Shown one piece after another: positions 46,301-54,082 of a stretch of DNA of 64,000 bases; position 1 is the first letter of the stretch, and the number at the start of each line of letters is the position of its first letter. Under the pieces are notes generated by a model. The model ran no database searches and was not told where the DNA came from. It saw nothing but the letters and a program-made list of their open reading frames with translations. Position numbers and translations under genes: made by a program. The DNA comes from a virus. The stretch covers positions 1-64,000 of the IMG/VR virus record IMGVR_UViG_3300012953_000001. One strand, written 5' to 3'.

Positions 46301-49300
46301 TCCGCAAGCTTGATATGCGACCAGTTCTTTCCGCCAGGACCTCCAGTAATGGTCTCGTCAAACAAACCATTCTTTTCAGGCTTCAGGTCCTTTCCTCTGA
46401 TGACCCTACTGCCGTCCTTAATTTCCCCATTAGACATTTCAACAATCTGTTTGTCCGTTAGTGGGGAAACAATCAGCCCATTACCATCCTTCTCAACATT
46501 CAGCCCTAGCGCACTCATGTAGGCTAGGAACTTCTCGTAAGCAAACGAGGGCTTCGGTGTTGGAAGCACTGCGCCTGTCTGAACCGCAGTCCAAACCTCG
46601 TCCTGCTGCTTGTCTCCCTTATAGGTTAATGCGTCCCGAATGTTCGCCGTAGCTCCATGCGCGAGCATTGCGTACAAACCAAGTTCACCAAACCGCTGTG
46701 CGCCTCCGCTCTTGCCACCGCTTTTTGGAACCAAGTTCGCGTCATAGTCGTAGCCATACCCATGTGATCTGGCGCTAAGCTTCTTATCGACTTGGTGCAT
46801 AAGCTTGAGGAAGTACTGATGTCCCACCAAGACTTTACCGAGGCTCTTCCCGGTTTGCGGGTCGAACAACTCACGCGTCTCAGAGAGCCCAGCCCCCTTT
46901 AAAGCATTATCTACAACATCACGGTAGCCCATATCACGCTCATGCTCTTTTACATGAACGGTCTTAGGGCCTGCTTTGGTCTGGATAACCCGAGTATGCG
47001 CCTTAACGCGGACAATCTTCTTCCTATCATCTGACTGAAAGTTCTCGACTGCGTACGGTTCGCCTTGGGTGTAAGCAACATTCCCAAGGCTTGTTTCCAG
47101 AACCTGCCCCGGATTGATTCGCCCAGGAACACCCGAGGGGTTTAAGACAATATGTAGTGCGTTGCCTTCTGCGTCCTTGGGCATCTCTTCATCAGGTATT
47201 ACTGCGGTAATAACACCCTTGTTTCCATGCCTACCCGTAAGCTTGTCTCCAATATCTGCTTGCTCTTCAGTCTTAACGTAGACAACGATCTCTCGACCAT
47301 TTCTAACTACGTCTGTCACGGTTCCGCGATAGGGCTTGTCCCAAGTCAGTGACTTGTTTTTATACGGTCGGACCAAAGACTTGTGAATGCCTTTGAGTAG
47401 AATCTGCTCCTTAGAAGGCTCCGTCTTTTGCAGAACGGTGACAATGGTATCGCCGGGGTCAACAACTTGACCCTTTTTGATCACACCATCTTCATCCAGC
47501 TTCACGGAATTCTCATCAGATATGGAGCCGGGGTAGTTTGCGCGAAACTTCTTTAGCCCAACACCCATACCCTTATCTATGTAAGACCGCTCTTTATGTA
47601 GGTGGTTACTAGTAAGCTTCTTGGAGGCACTCTCACTAATTACAATTCCATCCTCAAACACAAGACCCTTGTAGGGCAAGTACCCAACACGAAGGTTTGT
47701 CCCCAGGGAAAGCGTGCCGCCCCGAGTGAAGTTTGTGTCTGCGATTATTTGACCAGAGGAAACTTTGTCCCCCTTTTTCACCAGCGGATTACTGCTAATA
47801 AAAGCTTTTTTATCGTTGAGCGGGAAGTTGTCATAAAGCTGAATTTCGTGCTTCTTTCCTGCCTTGTCTTTAACCACAACTCTGGACGATGAAATGGAGT
47901 CCACAAATCCAGACACAGGTGAAGGATGCGAGGTAAACCGACCAACGATCTTTTCCCAAGTAGCGTAGTTAGGGTCCGGGTTTCCAGAAACAACCTGCAC
48001 CAGGGGCTGCTCCGGGTCCTTGAGGGAGATAGCCTGCTCAATATGTCTGGTCGCCATACCAGCGCGATTCGCTTGGTCAGATGGAAGAAACGGGACAAGA
48101 TTAGCGGTAATAGAGAACATCTGTTTTGGGGACTGTAGTACATAGTCCACATCAGAAGACGACACACGACTAGGGTCTCCACCACCTACCGGAATAACAA
48201 CAGACGTGTCTTTTTTGGGCTTAGGGGTTTTACCAGAGAAGTCGTACTGGTCTGAGAAAGATACATTGCCTAGAGTTAAATCTGCTGGAGACTTATCGTT
48301 GTATTTACCGGCCTTTACGTCAAAGACACGGATTGTAGGCGTTGTTCCTTTTTTACGGACCCCAAGAGACAGGTGCCCACTAATGCCAGAACGCTTACCC
48401 TCTGGGGTATGTACCGGATCAATAAACCCTAAGTAACTAGAGTCAATCAGCTTAGCCTCATCAGATATCGCACTGTCGTTCTGGATACCTCCGGTTCCCA
48501 TGATGGTGGTTCTTAAGAAGCCTCCAACCATATCGACAGGGTTAACTTGGGTTGTTTGTTGAGACAGCGATGTGGAAGTAAAAAATGCCTTAACGGGCAC
48601 ATTGAAAATATCAGAAGTAACAATGGCGCGGACGTTGTCCCTGCGGTCCAAATTGTTTGTCATCTTGTAGGTGATGCGCCGCTTGGAGTTGGCTATACGC
48701 TCTGGGATGTGGTCATTAATCGCCCAGAGTTCCTTGAACTGTAGCGCATCTCGGTTGTCTACCTTGTCATCACCCTTGTTAATGTTTAGGAGCTTCTCAG
48801 ACGAAGCCAGTAATGCTCCGCCTGTAACAGAGGAGAAGCCTTTGCCTAGAGTGATCTTGGTGGTGTCTTCAAGAAGCTTGGTTTTTTCAAGTGCCTCTTG
48901 AATTACTGGCACCGCCTCCGAGTCGGTCTTCGCGCCCGCTCTAGGATTGAGTGCTTTTGATAGCTTTACAAGTTCGCCGCGCTTCTTTGACTTCAGGGCG
49001 CTTGTATAGAGTTCCGTACCCCAGGTCTTCTGGATATTCTCGTCTTTTACACCTAGTGCCTGTAGCACCGGGAGTAGCTGGATATTCGATGTCCCGTAGG
49101 ACATGAGGAAACGCCTCTTGGTGGGGTCAAACCCAAGACGAAATCCTCTTCCTTCTGCCAGATTGAACTGGGACTCAAGCTCACCGTTTGCCTTACGCCT
49201 AGCGTAAACACCAGACTTCAGACGCCACTGGTTGTCTGCTTGGTACTCCGTTCCATCAACTATATAGCTATACCGCCTAGTGATCTTCGGAAGGTTCAGA

Positions 49301-49572
49301 ACTTTCAACTTCTTGGCAGAGTTAACAACCTTACCAGTCTCGTTGTTGACCAGATCGAAATTACCAAAAATACCCTGCGCCCAAGTTCTGCCACGAAGCC
49401 GTGCTTTCTTCTGTGCGCCAATGTCGTCAAGGTCTAGGGGGTCTCCCACATAGATATCCTTGGCAACAAGGGTGTGCTTCTTTCCCACCAGGGGAAAGAA
49501 CTTTTTGATTTCGTTTATTGTCCCGTCTTCGAGAGTTTCCATTACCCTCTGGGGATCTAAAACATTAGACAT
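43300..49572 (-). CDS. rpoBC: Single-chain fused beta-beta-prime DNA-directed RNA polymerase
   Basis: Beta motifs: YIVDGTE, TPEG, GDKLTGRHGNKGVI, LNPSGVPGRIN, YFLKLMH, AQRFGE. Beta-prime motifs: HIKLA, VPVLPP..RP, RQD.S.RSVI, RDPVLH, NADFDGD, GAR.GL, GERGTQLSMKAFHTGG. Confidence 0.95.
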   Translation of the reverse strand: MSNVLDPQRVMETLEDGTINEIKKFFPLVGKKHTLVAKDIYVGDPLDLDDIGAQKKARLRGRTWAQGIFGNFDLVNNETGKVVNSAKKLKVLNLPKITRRYSYIVDGTEYQADNQWRLKSGVYARRKANGELESQFNLAEGRGFRLGFDPTKRRFLMSYGTSNIQLLPVLQALGVKDENIQKTWGTELYTSALKSKKRGELVKLSKALNPRAGAKTDSEAVPVIQEALEKTKLLEDTTKITLGKGFSSVTGGALLASSEKLLNINKGDDKVDNRDALQFKELWAINDHIPERIANSKRRITYKMTNNLDRRDNVRAIVTSDIFNVPVKAFFTSTSLSQQTTQVNPVDMVGGFLRTTIMGTGGIQNDSAISDEAKLIDSSYLGFIDPVHTPEGKRSGISGHLSLGVRKKGTTPTIRVFDVKAGKYNDKSPADLTLGNVSFSDQYDFSGKTPKPKKDTSVVIPVGGGDPSRVSSSDVDYVLQSPKQMFSITANLVPFLPSDQANRAGMATRHIEQAISLKDPEQPLVQVVSGNPDPNYATWEKIVGRFTSHPSPVSGFVDSISSSRVVVKDKAGKKHEIQLYDNFPLNDKKAFISSNPLVKKGDKVSSGQIIADTNFTRGGTLSLGTNLRVGYLPYKGLVFEDGIVISESASKKLTSNHLHKERSYIDKGMGVGLKKFRANYPGSISDENSVKLDEDGVIKKGQVVDPGDTIVTVLQKTEPSKEQILLKGIHKSLVRPYKNKSLTWDKPYRGTVTDVVRNGREIVVYVKTEEQADIGDKLTGRHGNKGVITAVIPDEEMPKDAEGNALHIVLNPSGVPGRINPGQVLETSLGNVAYTQGEPYAVENFQSDDRKKIVRVKAHTRVIQTKAGPKTVHVKEHERDMGYRDVVDNALKGAGLSETRELFDPQTGKSLGKVLVGHQYFLKLMHQVDKKLSARSHGYGYDYDANLVPKSGGKSGGAQRFGELGLYAMLAHGATANIRDALTYKGDKQQDEVWTAVQTGAVLPTPKPSFAYEKFLAYMSALGLNVEKDGNGLIVSPLTDKQIVEMSNGEIKDGSRVIRGKDLKPEKNGLFDETITGGPGGKNWSHIKLAESIPNPVFEKGVRSLLGITGKEYDGIIDGKLGFNAEGDVVASGDGVSTGPSAIVAALKGLDLDKELAEAKEKIKTVRRNDLDKVNKKIKYSLMLKNNNISAAEAYVLDHVPVLPPLFRPITAMEGGDLNIDGVNMLYRDIALLNKKLNEAKGVLPDSEITKLREDLYSATEALMGVQTMTQGGLTTDGQPRPPGILHILSGRSSPKQSYFLQRLVDRRQDISMRSVIVPNMELHLDELGLPRKGAMKIYRPFVVRELVKMGYTPLQAREEVDKKSSLANKALDIAVSKRPVLFKRDPVLHKFGIMAFKPKLHDESAIHIHPLVVGGFNADFDGDTMAVFVPVSQEAVDEAQKMMPSKNLFNPATGRVMYQPTLEGQLGLYLLTRWGKGSNNRFKNAKEAIDSAKSGETSMTDVVQVGAIKTTAGRLLFNSKLPSKIQSEEFLKDPKAVVDKGRLQSVLRDLATKTPSEFANTADKIKDLGFGHAYNIGFSFGLSDFLPLREIREKHMAKAAKQESVIRKQVSMNMLSQEAADLKVVKLYTDASDAMSKEARGLLDKDGNKLRAMEKAGVKPSWAQLKQMIISPMLVENAQGRVIPVPISRSYSEGLKSSDYWVTTSGARSGLIKKVQSVQKPGALNKQIANTTISYIVSNDDCGTTKGIALPVTDSDLVDRFTAKPISSGGLKVSANTLITPNLLSKFKSAKVDRVIARSPLKCELSKGLCSKCYGVTDDGTVISKGTNIGLIAGTAIGERGTQLSMKAFHTGGVAGGGSSVVGGIDRVSQLLKMPETLAHAATLSPMAGEVKSVKESPVGGYDLVIGTQDAYIPGNLRVTVKKGQKIRKGQPISSGIINPHDLLEKTNIETVQRYLADEIHKVYASEGIKKRNVEVVTKALTNLGKVVDPGDSPKFIRGDYISLSHAGSLNKTMKNPIQTVPVLRGVETLPLDQTTDWLARLQYRKLKETFIRAANEGWESDIHGLHPAPGLAYSAEFGHKDKSKGGPY

Positions 49573-49605
49573 TAATCCCTCCGTGCAGACACGGCCTATT
49601 AGTTA

Positions 49606-49621
49606 GGTATAAGAACTATGA
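49606..49621 (+). promoter_or_regulatory. Copy of the GGYATAAG-N3-TRTGA motif
   Basis: GGTATAAGAACTATGA in the divergent gap between rpoBC and a small + strand gene, whose ATG lies inside the motif. Confidence 0.45.
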
Positions 49622-49806
49622 TGGGCAATGAGGCCCTCACCTTTAAAGCAACTCAAACAAAAGGAGTTTATGTTGTGATCAGTAATCGGAAGAAGTTGTA
49701 CCATGCACGTTCTAATTATAGAAAGATGCCTCGTGGCGCATTCTGCAAAAATAGTTGTGAAGACCTTGCAGACGCGGTTGAGGAATCTCTTAGTTCGGGG
49801 AAGTAA
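49618..49806 (+). CDS. Small hypothetical protein (possibly leaderless)
   Basis: 62 aa; no RBS, ATG 5 nt after the TATAAG box. Confidence 0.45.
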   Translation: MMGNEALTFKATQTKGVYVVISNRKKLYHARSNYRKMPRGAFCKNSCEDLADAVEESLSSGK

Positions 49807-49809
49807 CCC

Positions 49810-50028
49810 TTGAAGATTAAAAAGCCTATTAAATGCTTTATCAAACAGGGCTACTGTCGCGAACCAAAGAACTGCGGGCAGTGCAGCTACTTCCTTGAAA
49901 AAAGAGGCGGTGTCTTCTGGGTATGTTCTAAATGCCTTACGCATGATGACGACACCTCTAGCTTCTTCCAAAAAGGTCGATGTGATCGCTGTGATAACTT
50001 CGCAGCAATCCTGGTATGTGTAGATTAA
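49810..50028 (+). CDS. Cys-rich Zn-binding-like protein
   Basis: Nine Cys: C…C…CGQC…CSKC…CDRC…C. Confidence 0.55.
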   Translation: MKIKKPIKCFIKQGYCREPKNCGQCSYFLEKRGGVFWVCSKCLTHDDDTSSFFQKGRCDRCDNFAAILVCVD

Positions 50029-52058
50029 ATCTGCGCACCATCTGGACCTGTTCTGGGTGGTTTCTGCTCCGGTAAAGGTCTCATGGGTTTAACCCCCTGG
50101 CCTGATAGAGCATTGTTTACAAGCATGTATAGGTCTGGGTTGCTGGCTCTTAATTGGGCCAGCACCCTATACCTATCCACTTCATTCATTTTTTGTATCT
50201 CAGACGTGAGCTTTTTAGCCTGCGCGAACAGGTCTACCATTGGGCTCTGCCCCATTTGGGTAGGACTCTGTTCTGCCCCTTGGACTACGCCACCAGCCTG
50301 CTGCGCCTGTGGTGCTGCTTGTTGCTGCGCCTGCGCGGCATTCGGGTCTTGTTGCTGCGGGGCATCGCCTTGCTGTTGGGGTGGTGGTTGTTCCCCTCCG
50401 CCTTGTTGAGGTTGTCCCTGCCCCTGTCCTTGAGCGCCTTGCTCTTGTCCGGGAGCGCCCTGCTGCTCTTGTCCGGGAGGAGGACCATACTGCTGCTGCA
50501 TCTGCATCTGGTTCTCTTGCTGCATATTCTGCGACTCGATTTGATACCGAGTCTGTACAAGCATTGACTCTCCCTGAGCCTCTGTTTGTCGAATTTGCTG
50601 CTCCCGCTGGGTCAAGCCAAACATCTCTGCTTCTTTGTTGATCAGTTCAATCTCGTTGTCGAAATTGAAGTCTCGGGACTGCAAGAACGTGCGGCGACTG
50701 ATCATACCAGCGTTGGCCAAGTTCATATCAAAAGATGCCCGTTGAATGTCATCAGCCATCTTGAATGGTTTGAACTTCAACTTAATCTTGGGGAGGTTCA
50801 GGAAGTGCGCAACGCGGTCTCTAATGAACTCAACACACCGAAGCATATCCTGTCGGTTTCCTAAGAATTCATTCTCAAGAGCCCGAAGATTAACAGAGGC
50901 ACCGGAATACTGGGCCTCTCCGTAGAAGAATCCTGTGGGAACTCCCATACCTGCAATAATTTGATCACTGTAAATTCTCAGTTCTTGGTGTAGTAGTAAC
51001 GAACGGCCTTGGCCACCAACCATCTGGTAACCAACGGGAACGGGCATAACCGGTATGTGGTTATTGTCTTGTCGCCACCTACGGATTTGCCCCTGAACCT
51101 CTTTCTGCCAATCTTGTAAATTGATTTGTGAGTAAGGGTTGTTTCCGTCAGCGGAGATTTGCGGGAAGAGTACTCGCATTGGAACAACGTGCTCCATGGC
51201 GACAGCTTCCTGCGCTTTTCGTAAGACCTGTAAGAAGAATATGTCTTTGAGTACAGGTAGGATTAGAGGAGCGCCCCAACCACTGTCCGATGGGGATCTT
51301 GATATGGAAGGGCGTCGGCTATGGAAAATCTTATCGCTATCTAAAAGAATCGACTTCTTTTTACGTAGCGCATCAATAAATGCCTGGGGAATCGTCTCAA
51401 GGACATCTGGCTTACCCAGAGTAATGTCGTTCTTAAGCCCTCGGGGCATCTTGTAGTAGTACAAGTACTTGCCGGTAATCTCATTATATTTAATAATAAT
51501 GTGCTTTGGATTCCAGCGAATGAGGGAGATCTTAACTGCGGCTTTAACAGGTTCGTCTGTAACTCTGGCGGGTCCGAAGTGACCGCATTGTGGGCAGTCT
51601 AAGTGGAACTGGAGGCCCTTCCATTTATACCCCGTGCTATGTGCGGGACCATCCCAACCACAACTAGTGCACTTGAGTACTTTGGTAAACGGGAACGCGA
51701 TAGAGATGAAGGAGTTCCCGTAAGTATACCGGTCCAAGTTTGCTTCAATCAGAAAAGACCGGAGCAAGAACTGGTTCTCAAACAGTTCCTTGTACATACC
51801 GACAACGCCTTCGTTATCGTCTTCGTAAACCAAGTCAGTAATGGGGTAGGTAGCCAGCTTCTGGGTTACAGCGTTAACCAGGGGGTTGGTAAGCTGGTAA
51901 TAATGGCACCAGTCAAAGCACTCTTTAATTGTCTTTGGAATGTAGTTCTTGGCAACATCAAAGAAAGGACTCGGGTAAAACCCATCTGGGCGACCAACGG
52001 ACTTCGCCCTAGCTCCGCTAGAGGATAACCCATATCGTTGTGAACCATAATCTGCCAT
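50025..52058 (-). CDS. Portal protein
   Basis: YPSPFF…NPLVNAVTQKLATYP; LISLIRWNPK-type stem (ISLIRWNPKHI); GWGAPLILPVL; PMRVLFP; IAGMGVP..F; Zn-ribbon insert and Gln-rich C-terminal linker. Confidence 0.8.
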   Translation of the reverse strand: MADYGSQRYGLSSSGARAKSVGRPDGFYPSPFFDVAKNYIPKTIKECFDWCHYYQLTNPLVNAVTQKLATYPITDLVYEDDNEGVVGMYKELFENQFLLRSFLIEANLDRYTYGNSFISIAFPFTKVLKCTSCGWDGPAHSTGYKWKGLQFHLDCPQCGHFGPARVTDEPVKAAVKISLIRWNPKHIIIKYNEITGKYLYYYKMPRGLKNDITLGKPDVLETIPQAFIDALRKKKSILLDSDKIFHSRRPSISRSPSDSGWGAPLILPVLKDIFFLQVLRKAQEAVAMEHVVPMRVLFPQISADGNNPYSQINLQDWQKEVQGQIRRWRQDNNHIPVMPVPVGYQMVGGQGRSLLLHQELRIYSDQIIAGMGVPTGFFYGEAQYSGASVNLRALENEFLGNRQDMLRCVEFIRDRVAHFLNLPKIKLKFKPFKMADDIQRASFDMNLANAGMISRRTFLQSRDFNFDNEIELINKEAEMFGLTQREQQIRQTEAQGESMLVQTRYQIESQNMQQENQMQMQQQYGPPPGQEQQGAPGQEQGAQGQGQGQPQQGGGEQPPPQQQGDAPQQQDPNAAQAQQQAAPQAQQAGGVVQGAEQSPTQMGQSPMVDLFAQAKKLTSEIQKMNEVDRYRVLAQLRASNPDLYMLVNNALSGQGVKPMRPLPEQKPPRTGPDGAQI

Positions 52059-52067
52059 CTGTTACTC

Positions 52068-52736
52068 CTACGGAACCAGCTTCTTTAGCTGCGTGAGTAA
52101 TGCCCTAGAGGAAGATTCAAGGAAGTCTTTCACAGATGTCACCTTCATTAGCTGAACATCATCCTCGTTCTTACCATTAAATGTGGGTTTCCTTCGCATC
52201 TTCACCGCTTTTCGTATACTTTCTTGCCGCTGTCCACCCACGAATTTCGTTAGGTGTTTATTGCAGGGCTCCAAAGGTCCCGGGCCATAAGCCAGCCCGT
52301 GATCTAGCATAACAGCAGCTACATATTTATACACCTCATTAGATATATTTAAGTCTTCTTTTACTTGCGCCAATATATCTAGTGCTAATGCTGCCCTGTG
52401 CGGGGTGGGTTTTTGTATCAGGTCAAACCTTGGAGTTAGCCCTACAAAACCCATAGATACTTTCTCAAAGGTTTCCCACCGCTGGTACGGCTCATCAGAA
52501 ACGTGACACGTTCTAATGGCCTGAATCTTATTCTTGTTGATCTCTGAGATTGTGGTGTTCCACGTTCTCGCGATTTCCACCCAACAAGTTTCAGGCTCCC
52601 ACCCCAAATAATCTGAGCCGAACTCCTTCAGGAGCATCAAGTTCAGGATAAGCGGGTGCGTCTCACGGTTAGTAAACGCGTGTTTTGGTACGGTTGGTCC
52701 GCCTATTTGTGCAGCACTATCAGTTGTTACGTTCAT
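52068..52736 (-). CDS. Hypothetical protein of the head operon
   Basis: 222 aa, coupled to neighbours. Confidence 0.6.
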   Translation of the reverse strand: MNVTTDSAAQIGGPTVPKHAFTNRETHPLILNLMLLKEFGSDYLGWEPETCWVEIARTWNTTISEINKNKIQAIRTCHVSDEPYQRWETFEKVSMGFVGLTPRFDLIQKPTPHRAALALDILAQVKEDLNISNEVYKYVAAVMLDHGLAYGPGPLEPCNKHLTKFVGGQRQESIRKAVKMRRKPTFNGKNEDDVQLMKVTSVKDFLESSSRALLTQLKKLVP

Positions 52737-53718
52737 CGATCATCCGAGCAATAACCTGCTTGTGCGTATCTGGTAGGCTGTCAAGTACGGCCACCGGATC
52801 AGTGGTAAACTGCGTGGTGAAATCCTCACCAAAGGAGCTAGTTAACCTATCTGACCCGCCATTATCAACCCAAGACTTGATGTCATTGGGTTCGTACTCT
52901 CTTCCACCAATCTCAAGCGGTCGTGCAACGGACGCATTCTTCTCTACCGAAGTACCAAAAACTGTCTGGTACGGGTCCGGTATTACTCGGTTATACAGAT
53001 GTGTGACTCCGTGTCGGATATCGAAATCCGTTAAATCCTCGGCCAACTGGTCTGGATCTGCGGAGGCGGACTTAACCATTAATGCCTCCAACTCTGCCAC
53101 GCCGTCTCCGCCAAGAACTGCCATTCTTCGCGTGTCGATTCCCACACGGAAATCCGACCCAAGCTCAGCGCGACCGTAGTCCTGCATATCATCTGTTAGT
53201 AGGTCGTTGAACACGCCTGCCTCTTTGACCTGCATCATCAATCGGCGTTTCCCTCGCGGGGAGCAAGAGTCAAAAGCATCCTTCATGACTTCCCACTGAC
53301 TGTCACCGCTCACGCCAAACAAGGACTCCAGCCCTCTATCTTCGGCCTCACCGCTGTAACCAAGTTCCATAGCGGCGGTTTTGGTAAGGTCCTCTGGGGG
53401 TGTAAATCCAAAAGAAACCAACGCTTCGCTTAATTTCTGCGCTGCCTCTTTTTGCAAGGGCTCTGGGAGGGCTCCCCCATGCTCAGAAAAGTACAGTGCG
53501 GAGGCAATGGTATTCCCAGCGTCTACAATAGGTAGTTTACGCGCTTGACCCTGCGGAGTATCTACAACAAGGGCGTAGTCACCGTCTTTAGTGGCGTTAC
53601 TATTCGAAAGGTCTGCGGCTACCTTAACAATATGGGGGATCCCTCGCTCAGAAAACTCTCTGCGAAGTAATAATCCACCATCATCGTAATGGTCTAGAAC
53701 TGCTGGTAATTGATTCAT
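52720..53718 (-). CDS. First gene of the virion operon; head core-like protein with K-x-A motifs
   Basis: VKVAA, TKTAA, VKSAS, EKNAS; start ATG 53718 after GGGAG. Confidence 0.6.
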   Translation of the reverse strand: MNQLPAVLDHYDDGGLLLRREFSERGIPHIVKVAADLSNSNATKDGDYALVVDTPQGQARKLPIVDAGNTIASALYFSEHGGALPEPLQKEAAQKLSEALVSFGFTPPEDLTKTAAMELGYSGEAEDRGLESLFGVSGDSQWEVMKDAFDSCSPRGKRRLMMQVKEAGVFNDLLTDDMQDYGRAELGSDFRVGIDTRRMAVLGGDGVAELEALMVKSASADPDQLAEDLTDFDIRHGVTHLYNRVIPDPYQTVFGTSVEKNASVARPLEIGGREYEPNDIKSWVDNGGSDRLTSSFGEDFTTQFTTDPVAVLDSLPDTHKQVIARMIDERNN

Positions 53719-53747
53719 GATGTCTCCCACAAGGGCTTGAATGTTTT

Positions 53748-53756
53748 TGGTATAAG
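53748..53756 (+). promoter_or_regulatory. TGGTATAAG core in the divergent gap between virion and replication operons
   Basis: Same core as 1853 and 32095; the downstream TGTGA part is absent. Confidence 0.45.
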
Positions 53757-53803
53757 CAAATCGGAAAGCCCCAAACTTTTTCTAACTCAAAAACCCGGAG
53801 GTT

Positions 53804-54082
53804 ATGATGGACAATAATAAAAGATGTACGCTCAAGGTGGAAGTACCACGTAAGCGTCCCGAACTCAAAGATGTACTTCTAGAGGCTGGCTTGCAAGGCC
53901 TCAAAGAAGCAGCCAGTGCTCTTGCAAATAGTTTATCACGTAATGATGATAACAGCCGTAATGTTAAATTGACAATCGATGTACCAAAAATCAATGTAGG
54001 TTCCTCGGCTTCAGACGACAATGTCGATACCTCAAATACTGAAGATCGGCAAGAACCTTCAGATGAAGATGAGGAGTGTTGA
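53804..54082 (+). CDS. Small protein with acidic tail
   Basis: GGAGG RBS; 92 aa. Confidence 0.6.
   Translation: MMDNNKRCTLKVEVPRKRPELKDVLLEAGLQGLKEAASALANSLSRNDDNSRNVKLTIDVPKINVGSSASDDNVDTSNTEDRQEPSDEDEEC

Noticed and set aside
43300-49572. Host chromosomal rpoBC or a eukaryotic giant-virus RNAP
   Set aside because: There are no ribosomal-protein neighbours, the gene is coupled to phage structural genes, the motifs are bacterial-type but highly divergent, and genes have Shine-Dalgarno sites.
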